Assembly: GCF_000002075.1 (NCBI RefSeq)
Contig: NW_004797325.1
Span: 1,444,618-1,508,617 of the forward strand
Source of the DNA: Aplysia californica
Taxonomy: Eukaryota
DNA: 64,000 nucleotides
Direction: 5' to 3'
Shown: piece after piece, positions 48,401 to 55,926 of the stretch
How the letters are laid out: each line of letters opens with the position of its first letter
How positions within the stretch are numbered: the first letter of the stretch is position 1
Position numbers and translations under genes: made by a program
Notes under the pieces: generated by a model
Database searches by the model: none
Seen by the model: only the letters and a program-made list of their open reading frames with translations
Told to the model about the DNA's origin: nothing

Positions 48401-51178
48401 TAGCTGTGGGGGGTAGAGAGTGATGGATTTGATGCCATGCAATAACATCGCTGAACTTCTCAACTATGTGACAAATCCCCCCCCCCAACCTACAGGAACC
48501 ATGCACCCGAGCACCTTTGATTAGAGTGCCGGACAATCCAAATCACGCTAGACTGTGTGGGTGGTTGATGGGTGCTCCGGTGTGGTTTGCTCCTTTATTC
48601 TGATTAAACATCTATCATCCTTTTATCTCTCCTCTATAAATGTCCTACTCTTTAGTGACACTTCTGGGAGTCGGCACTTGTATGACCTATTTGTGCTGCA
48701 AGTGCTGTAAAAGTTACTAAAACTAACTTGAATAAAAGACTAGGTCTAGTCAATTAGAGTCTCCTTGCACTGGCTAGAAGTTCACAGTAGTGGGGTCCAC
48801 TTAAACTGAACATGGTTGATCTGAAAACTAGTGAAACTAAAAGAAAATAGAATCCTCGATTTTTTTTTTCTTTCTCTCTGAGCAACCTCTCTGAATAAAA
48901 AACCTGGCAAATTGAAGAATATCCAGCTGTCCCACTTATTTTGGTTCAAGTGGACTCCGCTGTATTTTATTAAATACATGTATATCCCAGCTGCAGTATT
49001 TTATCACAAATGGTTGGAGGGCGCTACTGGTAGGTCCTACTTCTTTACTTTCCCTCTGATATTACTGTCTGTCTGTGTTACTTTTTCCAGTGCTAAATGA
49101 CCATTGTTGTGTCTATGTGCTTCTCTTTACTCAAACAAACAAAACAAGCAAACAGTATTTTATCGAGCCAAAATGTCATTGAATAAGTATGACAGTAAAA
49201 GTAAACTGGGTAAACACACACACCCTGCGCCCTTATCCTCATTCAGAACTGATTTAACTTAGTATGCAAATCTAGGGGTATTGTGGAGGTCACAGTGTGT
49301 TTGGTGATCTGTCTTACAGGAAACATCGGAATGTGATTGTCAATGTGTGCGAGACTGGTTCAATTTTACTTTTACCGCTGTGCTTTTTTTTGCGAAGATT
49401 TATTTTTGTGGAAGGGGGGGGGGGATTTATTCTGAAGCTGAGCTGTAGTCTCTTTAGCTAAGATGATATTTTCCACTTTCCACTTTCTCTTGGCATTCGT
49501 TATTGTCATCTTATTTTTCTGGGTGGTTGGTGGGTGCTCCGATGGGTTTAGCTCCTTCTTCCCTATCAAACGTCTATTGTCCTTATCTCGCCTCCTTCTT
49601 TTCTTTGCATGTTAGTCTCCATTAACACCTTTCGTCTTTGGCACTTTTATGACTCATTTGTGTTGCCGAAAAACTCTTTACCAAAACTAAACTTTCCGAT
49701 TTTAATTTTGCTCACAGTTAACCCATAGCCTGCCTCTGTTTACTTTAGCCAGAGTTAAATGTGAAAGCGATTGTATATCTGTCCAAAATCATGCATGGAT
49801 GTTCTGAGGGTACCACTGGTGAGTTAGGATTCTTTTTTTTTCCCCTCTTGTTTTTTGTCTGTCTGTCTTTCTTGCTTTTTCTTTGCATTTAATGACCGCT
49901 ATTGTGTCAGTGTGATCCTCTCTACCCACACTAAGTGTTTGGAATGCTCAAGTGTGTATCTGTCTATAGTCATGTGCAGCTGGTTAGAGGGCGCTACCAG
50001 TGAGTCCTACTTCTTATTTCCCCCTCGGTTGTTTGTGTCTGTCAATCTCTTTTATCATCTGTGTTGCCATCACTTGACTGGATAGTGAGACCTGTCTTTT
50101 GCCCTCCGTTCACCAGTACAGCGAAATTATCCGCAAGTTGCTTCCAGAGAGTAATGCTAGCTATTTCCTTTTCATTATATTTTCAGCTTACAAATTGTGA
50201 CATTTATCTTTAAGTAGCTGCCAGAGTGTGTTTTATGTAATTATGCTAGCCGCATTCTCTTCTGATTTTGTTTCAGCATCTCCTGATCCTGAGAGAGTTC
50301 CTGTGAGTTCCAAGTCCTTGCCTGTCTCCCAGAACTTGCAGGTGTTTGGGAATGTTCAGGTAGACTTGTCCAACATACCACCGGCTTATACGGAGGAGGT
50401 TCAGGTGGTTACGACACAGCAGTTTCCCGTTCAGACCAGAGGAAAGACATTATCAACTGCTCAGGGAATGGAGGGGAGAACACAGATCCCACAGAATTTG
50501 AACCAAACGCAGTTCTCACCTCCTCCCATGTCTGTCCCCCCCAGCGTTTACCCAGCCGGTATAAATGCTTTTGATTTGAATACTGTTGGTATGTCCATTG
50601 GAAATTTCTCTGTCCAATTTATCGATCAGAATGGCGTCATGATTAGCGAGATGACAACCATGCCTGATCAGGGGGAGATGGCTACAACAGTTTTCATGTC
50701 TCAAGGAAATACAGCTGTCCAACGCGGTGCCTCTGGTAGCGTGTTAGGAAATGTCCCCACTGTGCTGGCGGAAGCAAAAGAGCAGACACCACACAGGAGG
50801 AGAAGCCGAAAACAGCTACCGACATGTCAGGCGACCAGCAGAAACCTCACCCAAGTGCCCTATCTCAACATTCAGTCGCAGAATGCCACAGACAACAGTG
50901 CCAACAACCTCTACAGCACAAGCTCTCCCTTGCAGATTGGAGATCCTAACATGATGACCACTCTGGACGCGAACACAATTCTTCAGCTATTGTCCGCCCA
51001 AAATAACTCGAATACCGGTAACCTTGAGATAATATCAGAGCTGAATGACCCTGCCACAGTGAACGAACTTCTGAACGAACAGTTGGCCACAGAGCTGCAA
51101 ATGAGTGACATAGTGGAGTACCTCAAAGAAACTGAGACAGAGGAAGACAGCAGGAGTCCAGACTCTGGAATTTTTTGA
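4816..51178 (+). CDS. STAT: Divergent STAT-family transcription factor, 20 coding exons, 1181 aa (whole-gene span)
   Basis: Manual splicing gives 4816-4949, 6835-7006, 12110-12199, 13439-13537, 15153-15237, 17529-17701, 20297-20445, 21465-21620, 25094-25234, 25529-25823, 28595-28687, 29981-30122, 31452-31492, 34206-34330, 36496-36668, 37393-37560, 39296-39371, 40083-40293, 46506-46626, 50277-51178. All junctions are GT-AG, phases match, and the 3546 nt contain no internal stop. STAT motifs occur in the correct order. The paralogue cannot be assigned. Confidence 0.92.
5235..5725 (-). mobile_element. tRNA-derived SINE (family S1, Meta-domain-like core)
   Basis: Reverse complement of 16525-17035: degenerate tRNA head, ggcacattaaagatcccttggtggtc core and hairpin tail. 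Confidence 0.8.
6428..6545 (-). mobile_element. RTE LINE extreme 3' end
   Basis: [21 protein letters not shown] is typical of the RTE ORF C-terminus and is followed by a (GAT)n tail. Confidence 0.7.
6835..7006 (+). CDS. STAT: STAT coding exon 2 (N-domain)
   Basis: Acceptor tttctctttacaag, donor gtaagt. Open frame [36 protein letters not shown]...FARYSVK. Phase 2 to 0. Confidence 0.85.
7066..7505. mobile_element. MITE family A, copy 2
   Basis: Homologous to 13878-14313. Confidence 0.75.
7663..8760 (-). mobile_element. Tc1/mariner DNA transposon, internally deleted
   Basis: Perfect 26-bp TIRs (tactgacggtcattaaaaacgcacca) flanked by TA on both sides. Contains a transposase remnant. Confidence 0.93.
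7930..8453 (-). pseudogene. Tc1 transposase pseudogene
   Basis: ORF 8073..8453 encodes the Tc1 HTH region ([33 protein letters not shown]). It is followed by a stop, a frameshifted DESR (first catalytic D) and deletion of most of the DDE domain. Confidence 0.88.
9213..11347. mobile_element. TA-flanked Tc1/mariner-pogo-type MITE interrupted by a LINE
   Basis: TA-cagtgggtgtcgcattcaacgaggt ... accttgttgaatgcgacgcccactg-TA. Confidence 0.75.
9901..11250 (-). mobile_element. 5'-truncated L2/CR1-group LINE (RT C-terminal part, 3' UTR and (ATT)n tail)
   Basis: ORF 10052..10957 has [17 protein letters not shown] and LHWLPV. Upstream, [10 protein letters not shown] is in frame, and a frameshifted [22 protein letters not shown] segment follows. 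Tail gcgctatataaatgtc(att)n. Confidence 0.93.
11575..11790 (-). mobile_element. Short retro-element B (hairpin tail plus (CTAAA)n)
   Basis: Reverse complement of the family seen at 40555-40735. Confidence 0.75.
12110..12199 (+). CDS. STAT: STAT coding exon 3 (end of N-domain)
   Basis: Acceptor tcctttcag, donor gtatgt. [30 protein letters not shown] resembles STAT1 NFQEDP...CLKEERKIL. Confidence 0.9.
12505..12625. repeat. (TG)n microsatellite
   Basis: Seen directly. Similar tracts at 24650-24890, 35858-35930 and 39425-39495. Confidence 0.9.
13439..13537 (+). CDS. STAT: STAT coding exon 4
   Basis: Acceptor ttctgcag, donor gtaggt. [33 protein letters not shown]. Phase 0 to 0. Confidence 0.78.
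13878..14313. mobile_element. MITE family A, best-preserved copy
   Basis: tgtgaggcagcgtggtggaatcaggctctcgtcaa / ttgatgagagcctgattccaccatgctgcctcaca, a ~35-bp TIR with 2 mismatches. Confidence 0.88.
14458..14746. mobile_element. TTAA-flanked piggyBac-like MITE
   Basis: ttaactcattcag ... ctgagaagagttaa. Carries a gatatatc/ccgata motif like 2386-3059. Confidence 0.55.
14748..15123. mobile_element. hAT-like MITE
   Basis: cagtagtttcaaactca ... tgagtttgagccccctg. Ends about 30 nt before exon 5. Confidence 0.5.
15153..15237 (+). CDS. STAT: STAT coding exon 5 (coiled-coil)
   Basis: Acceptor ttcttcattcatcacag, donor gtgagt. [28 protein letters not shown]. Phase 0 to 1. Confidence 0.82.
15249..15935. 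mobile_element. MITE family A, one full copy (15249-15686) plus an adjacent partial copy (from 15689)
   Basis: Homologous to 13878-14313. The copies are separated by ta. Confidence 0.8.
15938..16105. repeat. Degenerate minisatellite, ~19-20 bp unit
   Basis: Repeating cactcaaaagatgcagt / gctcaaaagatattgt variants. Confidence 0.7.
16525..17035 (+). mobile_element. tRNA-derived SINE family S1, full length
   Basis: A box (tggcctagaggtta), B box (ggttcgaatcc), CT-rich segment, core ggcacattaaagatcccttggtggtc and tail gcactcatatgacctcatgcagttgcgagtgccgttaaac. Confidence 0.85.
17055..17500 (+). mobile_element. SINE family S2 (Nin/Deu-like core, L2-like tail) with expanded (ATT/ATC)n tail
   Basis: Homologous to 36886-37235. 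Confidence 0.7.
17529..17701 (+). CDS. STAT: STAT coding exon 6 (coiled-coil)
   Basis: Acceptor ttccttcag, donor gtaggt. [22 protein letters not shown]...ESHEMRQ. Phase 1 to 0. Confidence 0.85.
18724..19535. mobile_element. pogo/Tigger-like MITE
   Basis: TA-cagtcaaacctg ... caggtttgactg-TA with internal gacggccacct repeats. Related fragments at 20575-20705, 36060-36230 and 46303-46480. Confidence 0.85.
20002..20175. repeat. Fold-back palindrome (~80-bp arms)
   Basis: agccagattttccttcatg...atacgaccaatttaactc..aacctt / aaggttagagttaaatttggtcgtat...catgaagggaaaatctggct. Confidence 0.85.
20297..20445 (+). CDS. STAT: STAT coding exon 7 (coiled-coil)
   Basis: Acceptor ttttcag, donor gtaagt. [21 protein letters not shown] corresponds to STAT EL.EWKRRQQ.ACIGGP. 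Confidence 0.9.
21465..21620 (+). CDS. STAT: STAT coding exon 8 (coiled-coil end)
   Basis: Acceptor ctacag, donor gtaaaa. [18 protein letters not shown]...LAENRFFS. Phase 2 to 2. Confidence 0.85.
24960..25090 (+). repeat. C/T-rich low-complexity tract abutting the exon 9 acceptor
   Basis: Seen directly. Confidence 0.85.
25094..25234 (+). CDS. STAT: STAT coding exon 9 (start of DNA-binding domain)
   Basis: Acceptor ccccaccag after a long CT tract, donor gtaggc. SALVVSIQ...NLHTEVR corresponds to STAT S.FVVE.QP...F...VRLL, with a charged insertion. Confidence 0.85.
25529..25823 (+). CDS. STAT: STAT coding exon 10 (DNA-binding domain)
   Basis: Acceptor ttcctcag, donor gtgagc. 295 nt open: [11 protein letters not shown]...[32 protein letters not shown]. 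Confidence 0.9.
25845..26640 (+). mobile_element. Cluster of element-B copies (25845-26010, 26025-26165) and a longer related element (26275-26640)
   Basis: Shared gggtggttgg..gtgctc..gtggtttgctccttctttcc head and hairpin tail. The longer form matches 32708-33060 and 59805-60200. Confidence 0.75.
26957..28071. mobile_element. MITE family A copy split by a TTAA element
   Basis: Both TIRs are present, and the sequence rejoins across 27219-27904 as gtgcct-ttaa-tcaatgtttttcag. Confidence 0.8.
27223..27900. mobile_element. TTAA-flanked piggyBac-like non-autonomous element
   Basis: TTAA-ctcttttcctacc ... ggtagggaaagtg-TTAA, with the TSD confirmed by the interrupted host MITE. Confidence 0.82.
28595..28687 (+). 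CDS. STAT: STAT coding exon 11 (DBD end / linker)
   Basis: Acceptor tttcttgcag, donor gtgagt. [25 protein letters not shown] corresponds to STAT5 TLSLPVVVIVHGSQ....ATVLWD. Confidence 0.92.
29640..29988 (+). repeat. 29-bp minisatellite overlapping the exon 12 acceptor
   Basis: Unit gtctgtttctatctc(c/t)(ag/ga)tacaaagtaa(t/g), about 11-12 copies. Confidence 0.9.
29981..30122 (+). CDS. STAT: STAT coding exon 12 (linker)
   Basis: Acceptor tcatctctag, donor gtacta. [42 protein letters not shown] corresponds to STAT5 FAVPDKV.W...LN.KF....RGLT.ENL.FL..KL. Confidence 0.9.
31452..31492 (+). CDS. STAT: STAT coding exon 13 (41 nt, linker)
   Basis: Acceptor tctgttcccag, donor gtactg. [14 protein letters not shown] corresponds to the STAT VSW..F.K motif and supplies the required phase 1 to 0 change. 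Confidence 0.82.
32708..33060 (+). mobile_element. Retro-element with shared hairpin tail (long form)
   Basis: Closely matches the reverse complement of 59805-60200 and also matches 26275-26640. Confidence 0.8.
33143..33358 (+). mobile_element. Short tRNA-derived SINE (family S3)
   Basis: A box taactcagttggt and B box ggttcaaatccc. The tail cctccaaaataacctaa resembles segments near 30950, 46100 and 53120. An inverted relative lies at ~24170-24280. Confidence 0.65.
34206..34330 (+). CDS. STAT: STAT coding exon 14 (linker / SH2 start)
   Basis: Acceptor ttgtcccacag, donor gtaggt. [24 protein letters not shown] corresponds to FTFWQWFDGV...KKHL...WNDG. Confidence 0.93.
34912..35260. repeat. (CTT/CCT)n low-complexity tract
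   Basis: Seen directly. Explains the spurious ORFs at 34824-35369. Confidence 0.9.
36496..36668 (+). CDS. STAT: STAT coding exon 15 (SH2 core)
   Basis: Acceptor tttctccag, donor gtgagt. [32 protein letters not shown] corresponds to I.GFISK......L...P.GTFLLRFSES. Confidence 0.93.
36886..37235 (+). mobile_element. SINE family S2, full length (tRNA head, Nin/Deu-like core, L2-like tail)
   Basis: Head tagtggttag...gtttcgaatccc, core gtgtccttgggaaaggcattttac...cacccaggtg..aatcggtacc, tail tgtaaagtgcacagagc...aaatgc(tat)n. Confidence 0.78.
37260..37359. other. Assembly gap (100 N) inside STAT intron 15
   Basis: Run of n ending 33 nt before exon 16. Confidence 0.99.
37393..37560 (+). CDS. STAT: STAT coding exon 16 (SH2 C-terminal half)
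   Basis: Acceptor gtcaacag, donor gtttgt. [36 protein letters not shown] corresponds to PL.YLYP..PKD.AF.KYY. Confidence 0.88.
37880..38335 (-). mobile_element. RTE (BovB-like) LINE 3' fragment, degenerate
   Basis: [10 protein letters not shown]-stop...[15 protein letters not shown]...[10 protein letters not shown]...GKIEGK.GRGRP are typical RTE C-terminal motifs. Confidence 0.88.
38497..39190. mobile_element. Mutator (MULE)-like MITE: ~65-70-bp TIR, 9-bp TSD
   Basis: caagtggga-acaagcggataattag...ctaattatccgcttgt-caagtggga, inserted in a Tigger-like MITE remnant. Confidence 0.85.
39296..39371 (+). CDS. STAT: STAT coding exon 17 (tyrosine segment)
   Basis: Acceptor ttttcag, donor gtaagt. [25 protein letters not shown] lies at the position of the activating tyrosine. 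Confidence 0.87.
40083..40293 (+). CDS. STAT: STAT coding exon 18 (Ser/Thr-rich tail with NLS)
   Basis: Acceptor ttgttgtgcag, donor gtaagc. [10 protein letters not shown]...PGAKKRRYP...KPFSP...STSHE. Phase 2 to 0. Confidence 0.83.
40555..40735 (+). mobile_element. Short retro-element B, well-preserved copy
   Basis: Other copies at ~11870, 28405, 30155, 30660, 35320, 39740, 48555 and 49520 (+), and 11575, 23430 and 24390 (-). Confidence 0.8.
44066..44238. repeat. ~170-bp direct repeat, copy 1 (copy 2 at 45878-46050)
   Basis: ggattgtcttgtgggggatg.gggagtgacgtggccttgaga.accacctacagaaatg...tttttcatgtgcgact..gattag.gatttaaaag. Confidence 0.85.
44535..45850 (-). mobile_element. Degenerate Rex1/Babar-type (CR1-group) LINE fragment
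   Basis: Minus-strand remnants [42 protein letters not shown] and LKFADD, with many frameshifts. (TTATC)n tail at ~44535. Confidence 0.8.
46506..46626 (+). CDS. STAT: STAT coding exon 19
   Basis: Acceptor ctcttctatag, donor gtaaat. [40 protein letters not shown] provides the phase 0 to 1 bridge the last exon needs. Confidence 0.78.
46598..46840 (+). repeat. Tandem duplication (~125 bp) of the exon 19 3' end, its donor and the intron start
   Basis: ggtagatggaag.gatgcc..ttcacttg-gtaaataaacataagcct...ctaatggtcaaatgcatgatcagatcagatt occurs twice. Confidence 0.9.
47718..48112. repeat. 34-bp minisatellite, ~11 copies
   Basis: Unit agtttatctctcagttgtttccgaattgtattgt. Confidence 0.93.
50277..51178 (+). 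CDS. STAT: STAT terminal coding exon 20 (long Q/N/S/T-rich and acidic transactivation-like tail)
   Basis: Acceptor ttttgtttcag inside ORF 50228..51178. About 300 open codons ending ...[23 protein letters not shown]-stop. Phase 1 fits exon 19. Confidence 0.82.
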
Positions 51179-52240
51179 TCAGATACCTCTGAGGGAGGAG
51201 TGTGGGAATCCATCCGTGGGTTGTTTTCTAGATGAAAAACTGGCTGAATGCAGCTGGCAGTTTTTTTAAGATAACACTGATTTATAATTTTTTTTTAAAT
51301 TGATGATGGATCATATTCATTCTGTAATGGATTGCTGTAGATTCTTTTAAGATAGAGGTTAATTTGACTCTGTCATCCATGGGTTCTATACTTAATGGGA
51401 GGCTGATTGAATCCATCTACTGCTTTTTGTAAGACGATGGATCATATCAATCTTTTACGGAATTTCTTTAAGGTGAAGGATTGTTTGATTAATTTGATCC
51501 ATGGAGTTGTCAAGATTAGGGACACAAGGAATCTAGCTGGCTCTTTTCAAAGTTCTATGTTAAGCAAAGATATTTTGGACAAATCTTATGTTAAACAGTA
51601 TTCATATATACCCAGTATTTGTGAATGAAAATGTGGCAAATCAGCTTAATCTAGCAAACTTTTGTGATGGAAATGATTGTACGATTTGTATTGCAACAAT
51701 GGCCATGCTGACAAAGATACCAGGCTGAGAACAGGTAATAAAAGCAAAACCAAACACCTGGCTTCAACTGAGTCTTAGTGTGTATTTGTTACATGTGTAG
51801 CAGTGCAGTAGATTACTCACTTTCATTTTGCTTCCCTCTTACTTTGTACAAATCTTGTATTTATCAACTTGTATACAAAAAACGTATGTGGTACTTGTAG
51901 GTTCTTGAAGTGCATCTTTTCTACATATGTTGTAGCCTTTTAAATTCTTCTTTCTACAACACTCTCCTCTGTGTGTCAAGTACAATTTCTATTTTTGCTT
52001 TAGTTCTTTAGTTTTAAGATCTTGGACCATTTCTTAGGGCAAAGCATGTAATTCTTCCTTTCTGAGATGATTCTCAATAGACTCTCCTGTAGGCTGTATG
52101 TTCTTAATGATAAAAGTCTATATGAGTCGAACTGTGATATGCTTTTTCACAATAGACTACTGTACGAGTTTGACTAAAGGTCCTGAACAATAGACAAATC
52201 TGGCTTTGGATTCTTTTTGTTTTTGATAATAAAAGACAAT
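51179..52240 (+). other. Probable STAT 3' UTR (true end unknown)
   Basis: AT-rich and transposon-poor after the stop. AATAAA at 51737 and 52228, with another at 56015. Confidence 0.4.
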
Positions 52241-54522
52241 ATCAGTGCCACTATATGTTTTATGAAATTGAAGATTAGAAGACTGTTTTAATTTGACTGT
52301 GGGTTTTTTTAAATACAAAAGTTGGCTGTTTTATTTAGACTGAATGCTTTTATATAGTACATAAATGTATTAGTTTGACTTTATCTTGTTTTATAATACA
52401 TGTAGAACACTGTATGAGTCTGACTGTGGGTTCTTTTTGAATTGCAGATTTTGAATTAATGAGTTCTTTAGTGCTTATCCACTATTCAGAATTCATTTGA
52501 CTTATGATGTGATAATGGTAAATTTGTAACATCCCACCTTGAGAAAAATGTTGATAAGACATAGCGGAACATATCCTGTGAACAAACAGAATATGGACAA
52601 AACTGAAATGGTCTGGTTAAGCCAGAGGATATAACCTACTGTAAGTTAATGTCTTGCTGTGTTGTATAATTGTAGACAGTTCGCTACTATAAAATTACAA
52701 AGTTCGATCTGCTCAGTACCTAGTTTTTGAGAAATTTGAAGTTAAAAATTTGGAATTTTACTAGGTCAAACTTTTAAAATAAAACTGTTTGAATATCTTG
52801 ACAATGATTCAAAGTAATCTAATGATTTTGATAAAGCAGATAGAACATTTGGTTTCTGACCTCATGGTTGCGAGTTGTCACTCTTGATGACTTACACACT
52901 ATTGCCAACCCCCAACCCCACCCCACCCCCCCCACCACCACCACCACCACCGAAAGTGGTGTCTTCTGTGGTGTACAGGTGAGGCTCTTCGCCTCTGCAC
53001 ACGAAAGATTTGATTCCTGTTTGAAAAAGTTTTGTAGCGAGCATTATTTCCTGTCTGTTGAGATGCTGTATCCCACTCAGCCAGTTTTTAGCCATGATGG
53101 GCAAGGGTAGTTGAAGCCCGCCTCCAAAAAGATCTAAATTGTGCTGATTTAGGTGAGAAAAGCTAACGTCTATTATTGCTATTGCTTATTCTTTGCGGAT
53201 GTATGCTTCTATTTTCATCAGTGCTTTCACTTTGCTTTGCTTTATCGCTAGTCAATAATAATTCTTTGATGGGCAAAGAAACAAGCTTCTTTCCAAAGCC
53301 ATGTTGGCTGTTACTTGCTGCTTTGTTGCTCTTTCTTCATATAAGGACCGACGAGCTTCAACTTGTATTTTTCACAGGTATCTGCAAAGTTCTTATTGCT
53401 GCTTGCAAAGATAATACTGCAATGTTTTTATTATTATTATTAATCCTGACTGAATCTTCTACTATTTCTCTGTAACATACCATCATTTATCGTAGCCTGA
53501 CATTTTGTTTCTAGAGGTCTCTGGCTGAAATGTTGTAACTGTGATTTGATGACCTGTTGATTCTGAATTATTTGTTTGATTTCCATGCTGTAGATTTTTT
53601 TGCTTTTGTATTTGAAGCCACTTGAGCTAACTCATAGAGATGGTGCAGGCCACTTGTGCATAGCATCTTCAATAATATAATGGTCTGCACCATGCTGTCC
53701 ATATATGACTGGCAGTGGCAGAATTAAATTTTATTTTCTAGACAGCTGCAAGGAAATGAAAAGGAACAGATTACACTGACAAATTTGTGCCATATTCTTC
53801 TAAACCAGTCTTGTCTCAATTAGGCTGTGCTAAAGTTGAAGTAAGCCTGGTGTTTGTTGCAGCTAGATGATCACATATTTGTTTATAGGCTTATAGAAAA
53901 ACTATGTCCCTTCGTAAAAATATTATCAGATTTGGAATCAGAATGTCAAAATAAATTAAACGAGTCGAGAGTAACTTTTTCATGCTGTATTTTGAAGAAT
54001 ACAAATGAAGTATTTTTACCGTGATTGCATTACATGTGATATGATGATGTGCAGACAGTGCTCGCCGTTGTCATTTCATTTTTTTTTTTCCAGGCTTGAT
54101 CAAAACAAAATATGTTATAACAAACCGGTCACTTGATGATCAGCTGGAAACCAGACGTCGTCCGTTCTGACTGTACATAAAATACATCCTTTTTGTCTCA
54201 GTAATAGTGTGAGCAATACCAAAGAATATGACCAAATGATTGTAGTTGTTAGCTGTATCAAACAAATGACTTGAGCAAAATGTTTTGGTTTTTTTAGCGG
54301 ATGGCTAGATGGCTAACATTTAATTGTAACTTACCCAACACCTTTGATGAAAAATACTTTTTTGTATTTTGACTGTTGGTCTTTAATGCCAAATTTAATG
54401 TTACAGATGCCTTAAATGAGATTGTTATTTCTTTTGTGTTTAACAGCTTTTGTGTTCAACAGCATTTTTTGTCTGTATTGATAAAGACAATTGATTTCTA
54501 TCTCATTGCATGTTTTAGGTCA

Positions 54523-55926
54523 CAGGTGTCAACTTAGGACTCGTGGGCCGCATCTGACCCGCCAAACAATTGTATCCGGCCTGGCAAACAACTATTTCTG
54601 GCCCGGAAGAGAATTTTAGGTAGTCTTTCCTGAGAATCTCTCTATAACACAGAACCTTATTTCAAACATAAACAAACTAGTTTGCTAAGCAAAGATGCCA
54701 AACATCCAGCTCTAAATTTGGCATGAGAGTGGAAATTGTTAAACATTGATTTGTAACTATTTTAGCTTTTTGTCTGTTTTAATTTGCATCATTGTTTAAC
54801 TCATTCGCTACGTATTATTTTGAGCTCCTGGACAAATTTTTGGGGGAGGGCAATATGAGATGATGATTAGTGCGTAGTTCACAGGTCTTTGAGGCCTTAA
54901 ATTTATAAAATTCTCAACATGATATTATATTCCAACCTTTTCAGTCTAATTTGTTGAATACATATGTGTTGTTTATTTGGGTATTTTTTTACTTTGGTTC
55001 CTGTAAGAAGTGATTGTGTAACACAATTTTGCTTGGATGCGGATTAAATTTTTTTAAGAATCAATCATCTTTAGTGAAAACCAAAAAATGTGTTTGCGCG
55101 TAGTCAAATGATAGACCTACATCAAAATAACCATAAATGAATATAGAACTAGAAAATATTGAAAAATTTGCAATTATTTACATACATTCCACGTAATTTG
55201 TACACTTGGATCATAGCATCCGAAAATGAAAAAAAAAATTTTTTTAACATAATCTGGAAAAAAGGACAAGATACTTTCACAAAGAGTACAAAACACACGT
55301 ATCTTATAGAATTATTCAGAATTGCTTTTGGAATAAAACTACACATGTTTTGAGTGATATTTTTGTAATACTACTGAAAAATACTGATTTTGGGGGGAAA
55401 TTTTTTTTGCCAATTTAGATCTAGATTTTAGCATTGAAAAATATTGATTTGTCAATAAAGAGCAATGGCAATTTGAGTTTTTCCACTTTACCAATATAGC
55501 ATCAATATTCCTATGAAGAGGCCTACTTTTCATTAGTAAACAAAATAATGATACCTTTTGTCTTGTTAAAGTACTAAGACTGGTATCTGGGCTATAATTT
55601 GGGTATTGAGATTCATAAACTTCGAAATCAAGTTTTAAAACTGAATCAAAACGGGAGTTTGGGTGGAAACGCTTGATCCGAAAGTGAACGTTACAATATA
55701 TCTTTATTTTAATATGGATATGTGGATTGGAATAGAATCTAAGCTAGAATTATAGGTCGGTTCTCAAGCCGTCAGGGGAAGGTTACCGTAATGTAAATAT
55801 TGTCGCTTAAGCCGCCCCGCTGCCCACGGCTCGCAGTAGCGAATGAGTTAAAATGGGTTTTACACTGATAACTGTGTTATTTGAGTTTGGTCCCTTGTAC
55901 TTGTGTGATTGAGTTTGACACCCTTG
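54523..55926. mobile_element. hAT-like MITE containing a nested TTAA element
   Basis: caggtgtcaact..gggccgcatc at the left end and gagtttgacacccttg at the right end. Confidence 0.6.
54800..55847. mobile_element. TTAA-flanked piggyBac-like non-autonomous element
   Basis: TTAA-ctcattcgctac ... gtagcgaatgag-TTAA, a perfect 12-bp TIR. Confidence 0.85.

Noticed and set aside
50228-51178. Stand-alone single-exon 316-aa gene
   Set aside because: The ORF starts at GTG within intron-like sequence. A strong acceptor at 50276 in the phase required by exon 19 explains it as the STAT terminal exon.
51161-51178. beta-TrCP degron (DSGxxS) at the C-terminus
   Set aside because: The sequence is DSGIF-stop, so the second serine is missing.
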